Assembly: GCF_006345805.1 (NCBI RefSeq)
Contig: NC_043003.1
Span: 106,268,001-106,332,000, forward strand
Reading direction: 5' to 3'
Source of the DNA: Octopus sinensis
Lineage: Eukaryota
Length of the DNA stretch: 64,000 nucleotides
Position 1 is the stretch's first letter. The number at the start of each line of letters is the position of its first letter. Under the pieces are notes generated by a model, which was not told the DNA's origin, made no database searches, and was given only the letters and a program-made list of their open reading frames with translations. The position numbers were made by a program, and so were the translations under genes. Shown here in pieces: positions 25,227 to 39,349 of the stretch.

Positions 25227-27397
25227 TTGCCTGTGCTTGTGCCATGTAAAAAACACTCAGTGGTTGGTGCCAGAAAGGGCATCCAGCTGTAAAAACCCTG
25301 CCACCGCGAAAGCGTTATTGATGGACTAAGCAATGGAGTGACAAGCAGAATTACAATAAGATTCTGTTATTCTGGAACTTTTGTGATACTCCAAAGAGAG
25401 ATTATTCTTTGAAACTATTATATTTCTTTAATGGATTATTATCCCCAACTTTTATTAAAAAGAAAATCACTTTTAAAAACAAAATAAAGCCAGAAGAAAA
25501 TATATATATAAAAAAAAAATGAACTTTAACATGGAATTATTAAAGGTTTCAAAGTTTGATCTCATTGATACTTCACAGTAAATCAATTCTAGTAACCTAT
25601 ATGGTAAAACGAGCCAGGTTTCTCTGTTCAGCTGTCCTATCCCTCACACGTGACGTTCAAATTATTTATTTGAAGAAATGAAACAAAATAACATTTGAGT
25701 TTATTCAATTCATTTATTGAATTCACACATGTAATTTAAGAAGAAACAAGGTTTGAGCTTTATTTCTGGCCAAATTTTTTTCCTCGCACGTCACACACAC
25801 CCGTAAAGAGGCCGTTCATTTAGTTTTTCTATATGCTTCAGCCTTTAGGCTGCGGCCATGCTGGGGCACCGCCATGAATGCTTTATTTTCAAGAACAACA
25901 ATAGACTATGCTTTGTTGGATGTCAGACAGATTAGCATATGCACTGGTTCGGTCTCCCTTCTTTTATTATTATTGGTCAATTTGTTAACCAGTAAACTAA
26001 TTAACTAATCAATCGATTGCTTAGTCAGTCAACCAGTCTGCTAGGTTTGACCAAACAAGCATACAATTGATTAGTTAATTGGTTAACTAATTAATTAATA
26101 ATAAAAGAAAAGTAAAACCAATGCATGTTTTTATTATGGGGCATAATGACCCACCCAAGGTACAACAAAATCTGTTTCAACACAGGAAGAACCTTGCAAA
26201 CACCAAATCCTCATCATTGTCGTTTAACGTCTGCTTTCCATGCTGGCATGGGTTGGACGGTTTGACTGAGGGCTGGCAAGCCAGAAGGCTGCACCAAGCT
26301 CCAGTCTGATCTGGCAGAGTTTCTACAGCTGGATGCCCTTCCTAACGCCAACCACTCTGAGAGTGTTCTGGGTGCTTTTATGTGCCACCAGCAAGGGGGC
26401 AAGTCAGGTGGTCCAAGCAACGACCATGCTCAAATGATGCTTTTTATGTGCCACCTGCACAGGAGCCAGTCCGGTGACACTGGTAACGACCACACTTGAA
26501 CAAAACAGAAATAGGCTGGACGAAAGGAAAAGACAAACAAAGAAAAAAGAAAGAGAAAGCTTATAAAAATGGTGATTGAATAGTTAAAAGTCTTCCACCA
26601 GCAAAACAATTCTGCTGTAAATCTTTGGTTTATTAAAAAGAAGTTTCTTATATTTATTAAAACCAGTCATTTCTGAGCAGCTAAATTATTTTACAAGGTA
26701 CAGGTGAGACTGTAAGGTAAGAAGCTCGTTACCCAAATATGGTTCTGTGTGCAGTCTCAAGCACCTTCTACTATAGCCTCAGGCAGACCAAAGTCTTGTG
26801 AATGATCTGGAAGACGGAAACTGAAAGAAGCCCATTCTGTGTGCCTTTCTGTCTGTGTTTGTCCTTAACCATTGCCTGACAGCCAGTGTTGATGTATTTA
26901 AGTCCCCATAACTTAACAGTTCATCAAAAGAGACCAATAGAATAAGTACCAGGCTTAAAAAAAAAAAACGTCCTGGGGTCAATTCATTTGACTAAAATTC
27001 TTCGAGTTGGTGCTCCAGCATGGCCACATACTAATAATTGAAAAAATTGAAAAATAAAAGATACCTCTTGAAACCAGTAATTTTTGAGTTGCTAAATTAT
27101 TTTACAAAACACCTTTGGACGGTTTTGTAAGGTAAATATTTTATTTACACTTCAATATTTGTTAACAACAATTAAGAAATTTACACAAAAGCCATAAAAA
27201 CATTTCTTATTGAGAAAGAAAAAAATAATTCACTAAAATTTTGTTTTCCCAATTTGCTTACATAAGAGGAAGCTCTGGTTAGGGTCTTCATATTCCACTG
27301 GAATGGTACTTCAGCATTTCTATCTTTGATAGTTTTTCAATCATTGGACAGCAGCCATGCTGGAGCAGCAGGAAATCCAAGAGAATGCGATGAGGCA

Positions 27398-27616
27398 ACT
27401 CTCTTTACTCTCTTTTACTTGTTTCAGTCATTTGACTGTGGCCATGCTGGAGCACCGCCTTTAGTCAAGCAAATCGACCCCAAGACTTATTCTTTGTAAG
27501 CCCAGTACTTATTCTATCGGCCTCTTTTGCCGAACCGCTAGGTGACGGGGACGTAAACACACCAGCATCGGTTGTCAAGCAATGCTAGGGGGACAAACAC
27601 AGACATAGAAACACAA

Positions 27617-27667
<51 letters not shown>

Positions 27668-27843
27668 CATACATACATATATATATATGACAGGCTTCTT
27701 TCAGTTTCCGGCTACCAAATCCACTGACAAGGCATTGGTCGGCCCGGGGCTATAGCAGAAGACACTTGCCCAAGATGCCACGCAGTGGGACTGAACCTGG
27801 AACCATGTGGTTGGTTAGCAAGCTACTTACCACACAGCCACTC
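27398..27843 (-). mobile_element. SINE family A
   Basis: Reverse-complement full-length copy. Confidence 0.85.
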
Positions 27844-30699
27844 AAAATATTGTGGACAAAATTATCATAAAAAAAATTAAATTTCCTTTGACATTCATCG
27901 ACCACTAACATCAGTGACGCAAACATTCAGAAATACGAGAGGTTTTATGACAACAGAACCTTGATTAGGAATGTCGCTTACAGAAAAAAACAAACACCTG
28001 AGTCAATGTTGTCGAATGTATTTCAATTGAGTTTGCAAAATATGAAAGGAAATATTTTTAAAATAAACATTTTTAGATAAACAATATCGTTTATCTTTTA
28101 CAGTCAACAGACTGCGACCATGCTGGGACAGCACTTTGAAGGATTTTAGTCAAACAAATCCACCCTAGTACTTAGTTTTAAGTCTGGCACTTATCCTCAG
28201 TGTCTTTCGTTGAACTGCTAAGTTGGGGGTGAGACATAAACAAACCAACAGCTGCTGTCAAGTGGGGGGGGTGAGGCAAACACAGATACACACATGAAGG
28301 GCTTCTGCACAGTGTCCATCTGCCAAATTCACTCGCAGGGCATTGTTCATCCCGGGGCTATAGTAGAAAACACGGTCATGCAGTGGGACTGACCCTAAAA
28401 CTTGTGTGACTGCACAGTAAACTTCTTAACCTCACAACCATGCCCCTACCTAAAATGAGGAACTAAATTTATTCAACCTTCACCAAAGAAGCCAATCTAC
28501 AAGATTTTAATGGTAAATCTGACTAAAAACATCTTTTCTGGAAAAATAACTTCCTAATTCTTTGAGAATCCCTGAATTTAAGCTAAATATATATTTATAT
28601 TAAACCTTTAGCATTCAGATTCCTCTGTTAAATGTAAAGCTTATTGGTCCACATAGTTTGGAATTAATCTTGGATTATCTCATTGTCTTGTGATTTTGAC
28701 GATGTGATTAGTTTTAGAATGGCATTGTAGAGGAGGTGTGAAAGGCTGGATCTGGCCAGCTTGAACACAAGACAAGGTGTAATATTTGGACTGAATATGG
28801 CTGGCTTAAATGCAAAAGAGCTAAAGGTAGCAGGTTGTGGGGTTAAGAAGCTTGCTTCCCAAGCATGTGGCTTCAGATTCAATCCCAGACACTTCAGGCA
28901 AATGTCTTCTGCTGGAGATCATGGGTCAACCAAAAATCTTGTGAGTGAATTTGGTAGAATGAAAGTGAAAGCAGTCCGTTGTGTGTGTTTTCTTAGTCTC
29001 GACAGCACAGGATAGTTGTAAATGAGTGTCACCATCATACAAGCAGTGTCCATCATTTTTAGTCTTCCTTGAACACATGTCCAACCAGGGGGGAAACATT
29101 ACCTAACTTGGAAACAGGTGAGGGTTAACAATGGGAAAAGCATCAGTTCATACAAAATCTGCTCCGATGAAGTCCTTCTGGTCCATACGAGCATGGAAAA
29201 GTAAACTTGTTCACACACATACACACATGCTCACACATATAAACACACTGAGTGGTGTGTATAAGCCATGGTAACAGGTGTGAAACATTTAAATTAAAGT
29301 GAGGAATTTTTCCCCCTATCCAGCCAGTGAATTTAATCCATTGATCAGGAGTTTCAATTGCGTATGAATCAGCTGCTCAGGAATTTACCTACTTGACCTA
29401 CTAAACCGCTATAGACTGAGAATATTTCATTTTTATTAGATTCAAATGTTGAAGCAATGAAAGCCTACCAGAATGGAAAAGTCAAAAGACTAACATGTGT
29501 TTAGCCATGACAAAAGCATTTAGCTGTCCACAGCAGAGTTTACCAGGCTCTTAATAAATAACAAAGAATCATCATCATCATTTACCATTTACTTTCCATG
29601 TTGGCATTGGATGGATGGTTTGACAGGAACCAACAAGGACAGGAGACACAGCCGGTTCCAGTGTTTGCTTTTGGTTCAGTTTCTATGGCTGGATGCCCTT
29701 CCTAATACCAGCCATTTTACAAAGTTTACTGGGTGCTTTTATGTGGCACCAGCAGCATTGCTTTTTATGTGGTACCAGCTGTGAAAAGGTCACCAAGTAC
29801 TTTGCAAGACAAAAAACCCTCAACTGGGAGGGGGGTGTAATGTTGGGTGGGTGTGTGTCTTTGTGTCAGTTGCAATGTCTAAGGTATAGAAGAATTGACT
29901 TTTGATGTTAAGAACAAATCCTCAAATTTGGGGAAGGCATGGTTTACTAAATCAACCCCAGCACTTGACTTGCTCAGGATTAGGTGCTCTTGGGTCAGGC
30001 AATGCATGATGTAGTCAAAGAACTCCAGCAAGATCAGTCAACAGCTACCTCAAGGCATTGTTCTATCATAGGTTTACCAGCAGATGGTCCCTATTGATAA
30101 TTTAGTGAGTCCATTTTGGGATGTCCCCTGTTCTGCTGCCCCTGAAGGTTCCACTTAGGGACTTAAGTAACCAATCTGTTTGTCAAGAGGAAAAGTTAGC
30201 AAACCAGTACATGATTGCTACTTTATTTTATCAATCCCAGAAAAATAAAAAAAAAGCAAAAATTAATCCTATAGGATTTGAACTCAGCAACTAAATACTC
30301 CAAGGAAATGTCCTGACTCAGCCCTTCTATTGACCTTTCACTGTTAAATAAGCACCGACAGAATTTGTGAAATACTGACATACGATTTATTGGTGGCTTA
30401 TGGGGCTAAGTTCAATTTGTCCAGTTGAGAATCTGAAGAAAGATGAAAATCCAATCACATCTCAGAATACAGAACAACTTTGATGGGTGACTATGGAAAG
30501 AATGCACGCAAACACTGGAAGACAATAAAAACACAAATAGTTGTGATGTATAGCAGTGAGAGTTGGCCCTGATCAAACTGACTAGCAATCAGACCTTCCA
30601 GCCTTGACCAACCTAATTTAAGGTATTGTGTATCTAAAAGAAAAACGTCCAGTCTGTTTTTCTTTCTTTCTTTCTTATGTCTTTAGCAACACATACATT

Positions 30700-31290
30700 T
30701 AATCTCCTGAAACCTCTCGCTTAATCCAGCATCATTTCCATTGGTGGAAGCATTCCAGAAACTCCTTTTTTGGAGATAGGAAGCAGTTGCCCCATCACAT
30801 TCTCTTGGATTTCTTTGATGTCTTGAGAGCTTCTTCCTTTCATGTGGGATTCCTTTTAAACTTTGGTTTTGGGGTCATAGCCATAGACCCACAATTTTGT
30901 CACCTGTTATGACTGGCTCCAAAGTCTTCATCTTCCTTGACACAATCAAGGAGATCCCAAGCAGCTGAAACCCAAACATATTTTTTTGAGGACCATGCCC
31001 TATACGCATTACTTCCAAACACTACTATAAACAATGGAAGTGAGTGAGAACCTTATAACTTAGTATGCAAGTGTGACAGAGATCAAGGTCAATGCGTGCC
31101 AAGTGGCTTCACTCTGCGTACTTTAGCTCCATTACCATAACAACAGTCCCGATACTTTTTGATCAGACATCGTATATCATTACAGGTTGTCATAGACGAA
31201 ACAGAGCAGCTAAAATGAGAAACAAAGTGATACGAGAGAGCAAGAGAGAATTTGACTGAAGCGACACAGTATATGTCTTAATACAAAAAG
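30700..31290 (-). pseudogene. Internally deleted mariner transposase remnant
   Basis: Minus strand DLLDCVKEDEDF..VITGD..WVYGYDPKTK and, further on, ISKKEFLECFHQWK*CWIK, resembling mariner ITGDETWVYxYDPE and C-terminal motifs. Confidence 0.65.
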
Positions 31291-34200
31291 GTTTTACACT
31301 ACCACCACCACAAAATTAAAGAGAGGGAAAAACACAAAAATTAGGTTCTGAGATATGCTGTGACTGAAGACCCGACAAATGAAGTGAATTCATGGCTCAC
31401 AGGACGGCCTGCTGTGCTAACCTTGGATCGTAGAGTGACCCACTGTTCTTGAGAAGACCTGTTGAGTCAAGTACGTTAACACCAACATCAAAATGAAAAT
31501 CAAATGGAAATTGTAGTTAAGATACTTGTGCCAGTGACACGTTAAAAGCACCATCTGAACGTGGCCGATGCCAGTGCCGCCTGACTGATATCTGTGTCAG
31601 TGACACGTAAAAGCACCAACCGACTGTGGCTGTTTGCCAGCCTCCCCTGGCCCCTGTGCCGGTGACACGTAAAAAGCACCCACTACACTCATGGAGTGGT
31701 TGGTGTTAGGAAGGGCATCCAGCTGTAGAAACACTGCCAGATCAGACTGGAGCCTGGTGAAGCCTTCTGGCTTCCCAGACCCCAGTCGAACTGTCCAACC
31801 CATGCCAGCATGGAAAACAGACGTTAAACGATGATGATGATATAAGTGACTGGCTTTAACTATTTTCAAATCTGGATGGAATAATAATTGTGAAGATGTA
31901 ATCATTTCCCTCTTAAAATACATACCATTAGTAGAATCACAAGCAAGAATGGTAATGTATGGTATCAGATAAACTTTTTAAAACATAAACAGTTAATTTA
32001 ACATTCATGTTAAATTTTGTTTTGCTTGAATACAGTCAAGTCACTTGTCAACAATAATAATCTACAGCTCTTGTGGAATGGTTAGAATTCCTCCTCTTTA
32101 CCACCACCACCACCATCAGTGTCAAATTAGAGTTTAAAAAACTCTTTTCTTCCATTCATTTAACTGGTTTGTGTTGGATACTAAAATGTGTGTTAGGTTA
32201 TGTAAATGTTAGTGAGAGGGAAAGAATATGAAAGAGAAGGAAAGGAACAAAGAGGAAGAAGGAGAAGAAACAAAGGAAAGAAACAGAGGAAGGAAGAAGG
32301 AAATAACAAAAAATAAAGGGGAAGGAAGAAGAAAAGGAAAAAAAAAACGCTGGGGAAGGAAGAAGCAAGGAAAGAAAATAAAAAGGAAAAGAAGTGGTAA
32401 GAAGGAAAATAGAGATGGACAGGAGAGGAAAGACAGAAAGCAAGAGAAATGCAGGAAGAGAGAAGAGCAAAAGAGGGAGAAATGAAGGGCAGAGAGAGAA
32501 GAGCAAAAAAAAAAAAAATGAAAGAGATGTCAACATGAACAACAACATAAAACAAACAACCAATAGAATGAAATTAGCTCAATTAGAGAATATTTTTAAA
32601 AATTCAACAGAAGTATGGAGACAGAACATTTATTATTATTATTATTATTGACCTTCTCCTGGCATTATTATAACCAGCAATGACATTTTCCTCAAAATGA
32701 TTCTGTCATCTTACAAAGGCACAACACTGCCTGTGTGTAGGGGATCTCTAGTCCAGAAACACCTCTCACTGGTAGGGAGGGAAATCACGACTACGGCATT
32801 CAAGACCCAGCTGCAGCAAGCCAGTCCACCAAAATAATGGAAATAGTTTTAAAAGCTTATATCAGTTTTTTAAGCCAACAAGGAAATGTTCTAAACAGGT
32901 GTTCACACTGCTAGAAATAGGAACCAAATCTTTCCTCAAATCATATACCCTACAATGTTTTAAAATAAGAGATTTTACGAAATGTCCAAGAAATACTATG
33001 CCAGAAAAATAGAAGACTGCGTGGTTAAGAAGCTCGTTTTGCAACAATATGGTTTCAGGTTCAGTCCCACTGGGCAGCACCTCGGGCAAGTGTCTTCTAC
33101 TATAGCCACGGGGCCAACCAATGTCTTGTGAGGTAATTTGGTAGACAGAAATCTTGTGGCAGCTTGGCACATGTGTCTGAGTTTGCGCACACACATCTGT
33201 GTGTCTCTCCTCACCACTTAACAAGTGTTGGTTTGTTTACATCCCCGTAAGTTAGTAGTGCAGCAAAAAAGATCGATAGAATTACCAGACTTAAAAATTG
33301 AACACTGATAGTCAATCTATTCAACTAAATCCTTCAAGGTAATGCCCCAGTATGACCACAATACAGTGATTGAAATGAATAAAAGATACAAGATCTTCTC
33401 AATTAGAATTAATTCAAGTTAAAAATGGTCTTTTTTCCCTGCAAGAATTTGTTTTGTGTTTAGTCAAATTGAAATCAATATTTTGCCAAATAAGTAAAAG
33501 AAACTCAAGTTACAAATTAACTACAACAGACTCCATGTAAAATGATGTTAGACATTATAAACATCAACTCATCATCATCATCATCGTTTAACGTCCGTTC
33601 TCCATGCTAGCATGGGTTGGACGGTTCGACCGGGGTCTGGGAAGCCAGGGGGCTGCACCAGGCTCCAGTCTGATCTGGCAGTGTTTCTACAGCTGGATGC
33701 CCTTCCTAATGCCAACCACTCCGTAAGTGTAGTGGATGTTTTTTACATGCCATCGGCACAGGGGCCAGGGGAGGTTGGCAAACGGCCACAGTCGGTTGGT
33801 GCTTTTACGTGTCACCGACACAGACGCGAGTCAGGTGGCGCTGGCATCTGCCACGTTCGGACAGTGCTTTTTACGTGTCACCGACACAGGTATCTTAACT
33901 ACAATTTCCATTTGATTTTAAAAAAATTAAAACTATCAGATCCAATCACAAGATTTCAATTTGGTTTTGTCAAAAGATGAAATGGCACTTACCATTCCAT
34001 CTTTTCAAAATCGTCCATGTTATTTTACCACAGTACAAGATAATTAATTCACTCAGTTAATGTTGGCATGGAAGGTACACCATCAGCATTGTTTTAACGT
34101 CCATTTTTCCATGCTTGCATGGGTCAGTCAGAGTTTATCAAGGCAGATTTATTTTCTATGGTTGGATGCCCTTCCCCTCACCAACCCTTACCGGTTTCCA

Positions 34201-34524
34201 AGCAAGTTTATATTTCCCTACAGTCTGACATGTTTTTGCAGAATATTGGAAATGAATTACATTCATTTACAACCATTGAATAAGGAAATACAAACACTCA
34301 CACACATACATACACACACAGCAGGCTTTTTTCAATTTCCATCAACAAAGTCCACTCCAAAGACTTTGATCAGCCCAGGGTTATAGTAGTCCTCACTTGA
34401 CCAAGGTGCCATGCAGTGGGACTGAACCCCAAATCCATGTGATTGGAAGGCAAACTTCTAAACCCCTCAGCCACACCATTAATTTCAATCCAATCGAGGC
34501 GTCCCAGTTCGTTTCAGTATTTAC

Positions 34525-34586
34525 CTGATATAGACCTCTCGCAGGAATGATTTTAGGCCACTCAAAGAACCAACCAAAATATAAAA
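34525..34586 (-). CDS. Candidate 62-nt exon (LYFGWFFEWPKIIPARGLYQ)
   Basis: Acceptor CATTTTCCAG|, donor CAG|GTAAAT; phase-compatible with the two preceding candidates. Confidence 0.25.
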
Positions 34587-35480
34587 CTGGAAAATGTTTT
34601 GGTAGTTTAGAATTTTTACTTCCATTCTACTTTACAAGTGGAAAAGGAATTGGCACCCATTATGAGCTGCTGAACAAAAAAAATTCCAGTGGAATCTCTC
34701 TCTCTCTTACATGCACACACATGAAATAAAAGATAGGAGAGAGAAAAAATAAAATGAAGCATTAAAATAATTTTACTTTGTAAGTTCATAAAAAAAAAAA
34801 TCCTTTTAATATTGGTCATTACAAGCACCAATTTGAGATCATCATTCAAATGTGCTTTCCATGCTGGCATGGGTTGGACGATCTGACAGGGGCTGGTAAG
34901 CCAGACAGCTACACCAGGCTCCAATTGTCTGTTTTGGCAAGGTTTCTATGGCTGGATACCCTGCCTAATGACAACCACTTTAGAGAGTGTTCTGGGTGCT
35001 TTATACGTGGTGCCAGAAAGGGTGCTGAGAAACTGTAAAACTGAGGTGATTTGAACCATGTATCTATCTCTTCCCAAGTAAACAGTATTGCGAAGTGAAG
35101 AAAGGAATGTGGACTAGAAAAATGCAAGAAAGAAAACAGGGAACCTAAACATGGAAAGTTTAAAATAAACGAAACTAGAGAGATAAAAATGAAGAAGGCC
35201 TGAAAATGGTTGGCGAAAATTGTTAAATTAGCAATCAAGAGAAATCAGTGAAGACATAAACAGCATTATAAATAAACAAGAGCCAACCACTAAAACAAGA
35301 GACATCAGCAACAATACTTAGACAGCTTACCACTGCTGTGTGTTTGTGTGTCTGAGTTGGAAAGAAAGGAAAAGTGAAAACTGAAGGTGGTTTTATACAG
35401 GTGTATAATTTATTTATACATACATACATACACACACATATATATATATATATACATACACACACACACGTGTATGTATG

Positions 35481-35524
<44 letters not shown>

Positions 35525-35539
35525 GTGTATGTATGTAGT

Positions 35540-35575
<36 letters not shown>

Positions 35576-35649
35576 GTACATGCAGCTAGATAGGTGAACT
35601 TTGTAGATAGCATGGTGCAACTGTAGTAGTTACAGTGCTTGATAATCAT

Positions 35650-35895
35650 TTACTGAGGGAAAGAGAGGAGATAAGGACAGAGGGAGAGAGAGGAAAGAGG
35701 AAGGGAAGAGAAGGAGAGGGTAAGGAGAGAGACATAAGGGGAGAGAAAGAGACAGAAGGGAGAGAGAGGAGAGGAGAGAGAGAAGAGAGGGGAGGAGAGA
35801 GAGAAGAGAGGGGAGGAGAGAGAGAAGAGAGGGGAGGAGAGAGAGAAGAGAGGAGAGAGAAGAGAGAGAGAGAAGAGGGGAGAGAGGGGGAAGAG
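35650..35895 (+). repeat. Purine-rich tract with 21-bp GAGAGAGAAGAGAGGGGAGGA tandem
   Basis: Similar GA-rich tracts at about 1730-2050, 16560-16925, 23740-24100 and 32210-32520, all purine-rich on the plus strand. Confidence 0.85.
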
Positions 35896-37431
35896 ACAAC
35901 CATCTCATTCTTGGTCTAGCCCTAGGTCCCCTCCTACCAGTTGGCTTTCCTGCATCATTCTCGCCACAGGAGCATAGCACTGGAGAAGGGGCCTCTCAAA
36001 GTGGAACTGTTACCTCTGCTGATAACAAAGAGTTTTTTTTTCTCAAAAGTCAGGGCAGATTGTATGATGTTGGTCTGGAAATGAGGGCCTTTAATGTGGG
36101 GGAACCTGCTGAAGAACTATAAAGAAATGAAGTGAGCAGGCTTCGCTAGATGTGTCATGCTAGTGTACAAGAATGATGAACTGTAAATGGAGAGACAAAC
36201 CAAGATTAAAAGGAATCCGATGCAGCATACAACAGAGATGGTAGCACTGGTATGGGTACCATCATCATCACCATCCTTTAACATCCGTTTTCCATGCTGG
36301 CATGGGTTGGACAGTTTGGTAAGCCAGGAGGCCACCCTAGGCTCCAATTTAATCTGGCAAGGTTTCTACAGCTGGATGCCCTTCCTAATGCCAACCATTC
36401 TGAAAGCATAGCAGATGCCTTTTACGTGCCACCGGCATGGGAGTCGGTCAGGCGGCACTGGCATCGGCCACATTCAGATGGTGCTTTTTGTGTGCTACTG
36501 ACACAGGAGCCAGTTGGGGTGGGAGGGACAAGCATCAACCACGTTCGGATGGTGCCTTTTACATGTCACTGGCACAGGAGCCAGCCAGGCAGCACTAGCA
36601 TTGGTCCCAACCACAATTTCCATTTTGATTATGATTTGATTTTTGATTTCGATCTTGATGTATATAAAGCGTGACAGGTAAATTAGTAAGTACCAAGTGC
36701 TCAAAGTGAATGGTACCTGTGGAAGAGGAAGATCGAGAAAGTTGGGATGGAGTGGCAACAAAATATTCTCATGTTGTTACATCTAATGAGGGAAACAACA
36801 GGAGATTATGTTGATTGATAATGTGCAAATAGAAATAAAGAGAAATAGTTATCAAAATAGAAGGACAGTGATAGTAACTGGTATTTATGTAGCCTTGAAA
36901 CACTGGTAAGGGTTAATAATAGGAAAGGCATCCAGCTGTAAAACGATACCTCAGTAATATATATATTCATCTAACCCATGCTGGCATGAAAAATTAGGCA
37001 TAAAACAAAATTGATGAGATGTGTGTGTATGTGCATACAAACACACACACACAATGAAAGAATGAGAGGTGGGTTAGTCAGGATATATAAACACTGGTGT
37101 GTTTATAAGCCGATTTCTTTAAGTGATGTAAACAACGATTAATCATTTTGTGAGTGGTAAGTGAATACATTGCAAAAATGTGTGACTGTGTATGAGTGTA
37201 TGCATGTGTGTGTGTGGAGATTACTGTGTGAAGTAGTACTATTAATTGTGCTTAATGAAAAATCTACTAATTAACATTCTTCTAATTACTATTGTGCTTG
37301 TTAGAGTGCATGTGCTTCATAATCACCTCATGCCATTTGTAAACACGCTTGGTCCCTGATTTGTCCAGGTCTTTGTTAGCATCATCACTATTAATATTCT
37401 AAATGAAAACAATAATGAATGTAATACAAAT

Positions 37432-37475
<44 letters not shown>

Positions 37476-37641
37476 GTTATGGTATATTCTGTTAAGAATG
37501 TAGGAGTGTATAGTATAAAGCTTGTCCATCTTCAGATTCCACCCAGTGCTGTCCAGGTTTGCATTTGGGCATATGTTGTGTGTGAATAGGTAACTGAGAA
37601 AATAGATGGGATGTTCTTGAAACTGAGTATTTTAAACTTAC

Positions 37642-37663
37642 GCAAACAATATTTACATATCAC
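37642..37663 (-). CDS. Candidate 22-nt microexon (VICKYCL)
   Basis: Acceptor TTGTGTTTCCTCAG|, donor |GTAAGT, only phase 0 is open. Confidence 0.25.
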
Positions 37664-37811
37664 CTGAGGAAACACAACTACATCTCATACTGCAGAGAAA
37701 CTGTTGTATAATCAAGTACCTGCACACCTGGAGAACTAGTATGTAGAAATAATCAAAGGGATTAAAAAATAAATGTCCAACTGTATCCCTTCTTGCTGGC
37801 TCCAATTTTTT

Positions 37812-37842
<31 letters not shown>

Positions 37843-37848
37843 ACCGTT

Positions 37849-37920
37849 TCCCATGTGGTCTAGTGGTTAGGATTCCTGGCTTTCACCCAGGCGGCCCGGG
37901 TTCGATTCCCAGCATGGGAA
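37849..37920 (+). tRNA. tRNA-Glu, anticodon TTC (one T-stem mismatch)
   Basis: 72-nt cloverleaf: acceptor stem TCCCATG/CATGGGA, D-arm GTCTAGTGGTTAGGAT, anticodon arm CCTGG-CT-TTC-AC-CCAGG (TTC at 37882-37884), T-loop TTCGATT, discriminator A. T4 run at 37929-37932 is a possible Pol III terminator. C37897:A37911 mismatch in T-stem. Confidence 0.9.
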
Positions 37921-39052
37921 CGTCTTTCTTTTACCAGGTGGTGCTATTAAGTTAGACATGGCCTGGGCCAATAATGGCCGAAAAGTATCAAAGTATATAT
38001 ATATATATATATAGTTGGAATTTACAAAAAGAAAAACAAAACAAAAGACGAAGACAGGTGTGTAAACAACAAACATGTATTAGTTTAACGCTTGGGAAGT
38101 GAGAAAGTCTTTTACATTTTGAGCCTATGCTCTTCAACAGAAAGGAACACAGAAATAAGTAAAGAGAGAAAATAAAAAAAAGGTTTAGTGGCTATCAATC
38201 ATGGTGAAGGATAAAAGGAACTCACAACCTTTCTTTTCCTCTGCCCACTCACTAATAACTCTAGAGGATGTCAGTGGGTGGAAGTGTCTGGAAGGGCCTT
38301 CTGTTATGGTACCAGCATATGAAGATGGAGACCTTGTACACTGTACATGTACACATACATGCATACACACACACGATACAGGTCACTTGTAAGGTCTCTC
38401 ATGAGTACCATTGGTAACATGGAATCCAGTACAGAGTACACCCTATTGCATGCTTGGGTCATCAGCAACTCAACTGGCAGCCCCACTGGGCTAGAAACAC
38501 AACAAGACCTGTCAAAAAGGATGGGTGAACATATTGTAGATTCCATGACCATTTAGAAATAGCACAGGCACTCAGAAAATCCGGGTTGCGCCTGGCATAC
38601 TGGAAGACAACTGGGAATGAGGCACCCCATAGCCTGGGTTCGAAGCAGGTTCTCGAAGCAGACTTAACAAAAGCTATGACTGTTTTGATAGTCAGTGGTG
38701 ACTTGGTCAGTAAATCCTGTGACAGTCGACAATCAATGGCAAGATAAGCTGCTACGGAACGCACTCAAAGTGTGTATGCATGTGAGCAGGGACCACATGT
38801 GAACTTATATTCCGACTGAAACTCCAAACATAAGTAAACCCACCCTTGCTGAATGCTGTTGTAAGTAGAAGAATAAATAAGGATCAGATTAGTGCTCAGA
38901 ACAGACCAAATTCTTAAACTTCAACATCCTAATCATGGATGGGCCATGTTGTGGGGATAATTTTCCACGCCATACAAATGATATAGCGCTCACAATAGCA
39001 CTAAAGGGATTAGAGTTTGAACTTCTTTCTTTCATATATATATATATATATA

Positions 39053-39349
39053 TCACGTGACCGACCAGACCATCAGATGTTGTTACACATCGCTAGTCAC
39101 AATGTGTTCGCATTGTTTTAGCCTTCGAATGACGCCACCCCGCTGGCTAAGCGAGCAGGCCAACAGAAGAAAGAGTGGTGAAAGAATACAGCAGGGATCA
39201 CCACCCCCTGCCAGAGCGTCGTGGAGCTTTTAGGTGTTTTCGCTCAATAAACACACAATAAACACACACAACGCCCGGTCAGGGAATCGAAACCGCGATC
39301 CTGCGACCGCGAGTCCGCTGCCCTAACCACTAGGCCATTGCGCCTCCAC
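39053..39349 (-). mobile_element. tRNA-Arg-related SINE (OR-like), tail type 2, embedded in (TA)n
   Basis: Same head as the 51.6 kb copy up to GATCCCTGCTGTA.TCTTTCACCAC, then a different tail ending GGTCACGTGA; (TA)n on both sides. Confidence 0.7.

Noticed and set aside
25647-25656. CACGTGACGT E-box/CRE composite
   Set aside because: Single short motif; CACGTG arises readily next to CA repeats and in SINEs here.
27255-27340. Apparent minus-strand exon DRNAEVPFQWNMKTLTRASSY with GTAAGC donor
   Set aside because: The upstream acceptor region is an old SINE tail with an in-frame stop and no pyrimidine tract.
33993-34018. MDDFEKME start-exon candidate resembling CDK N-termini
   Set aside because: No following KIGEG motif, no acceptor, and not joinable to the other candidate exons.
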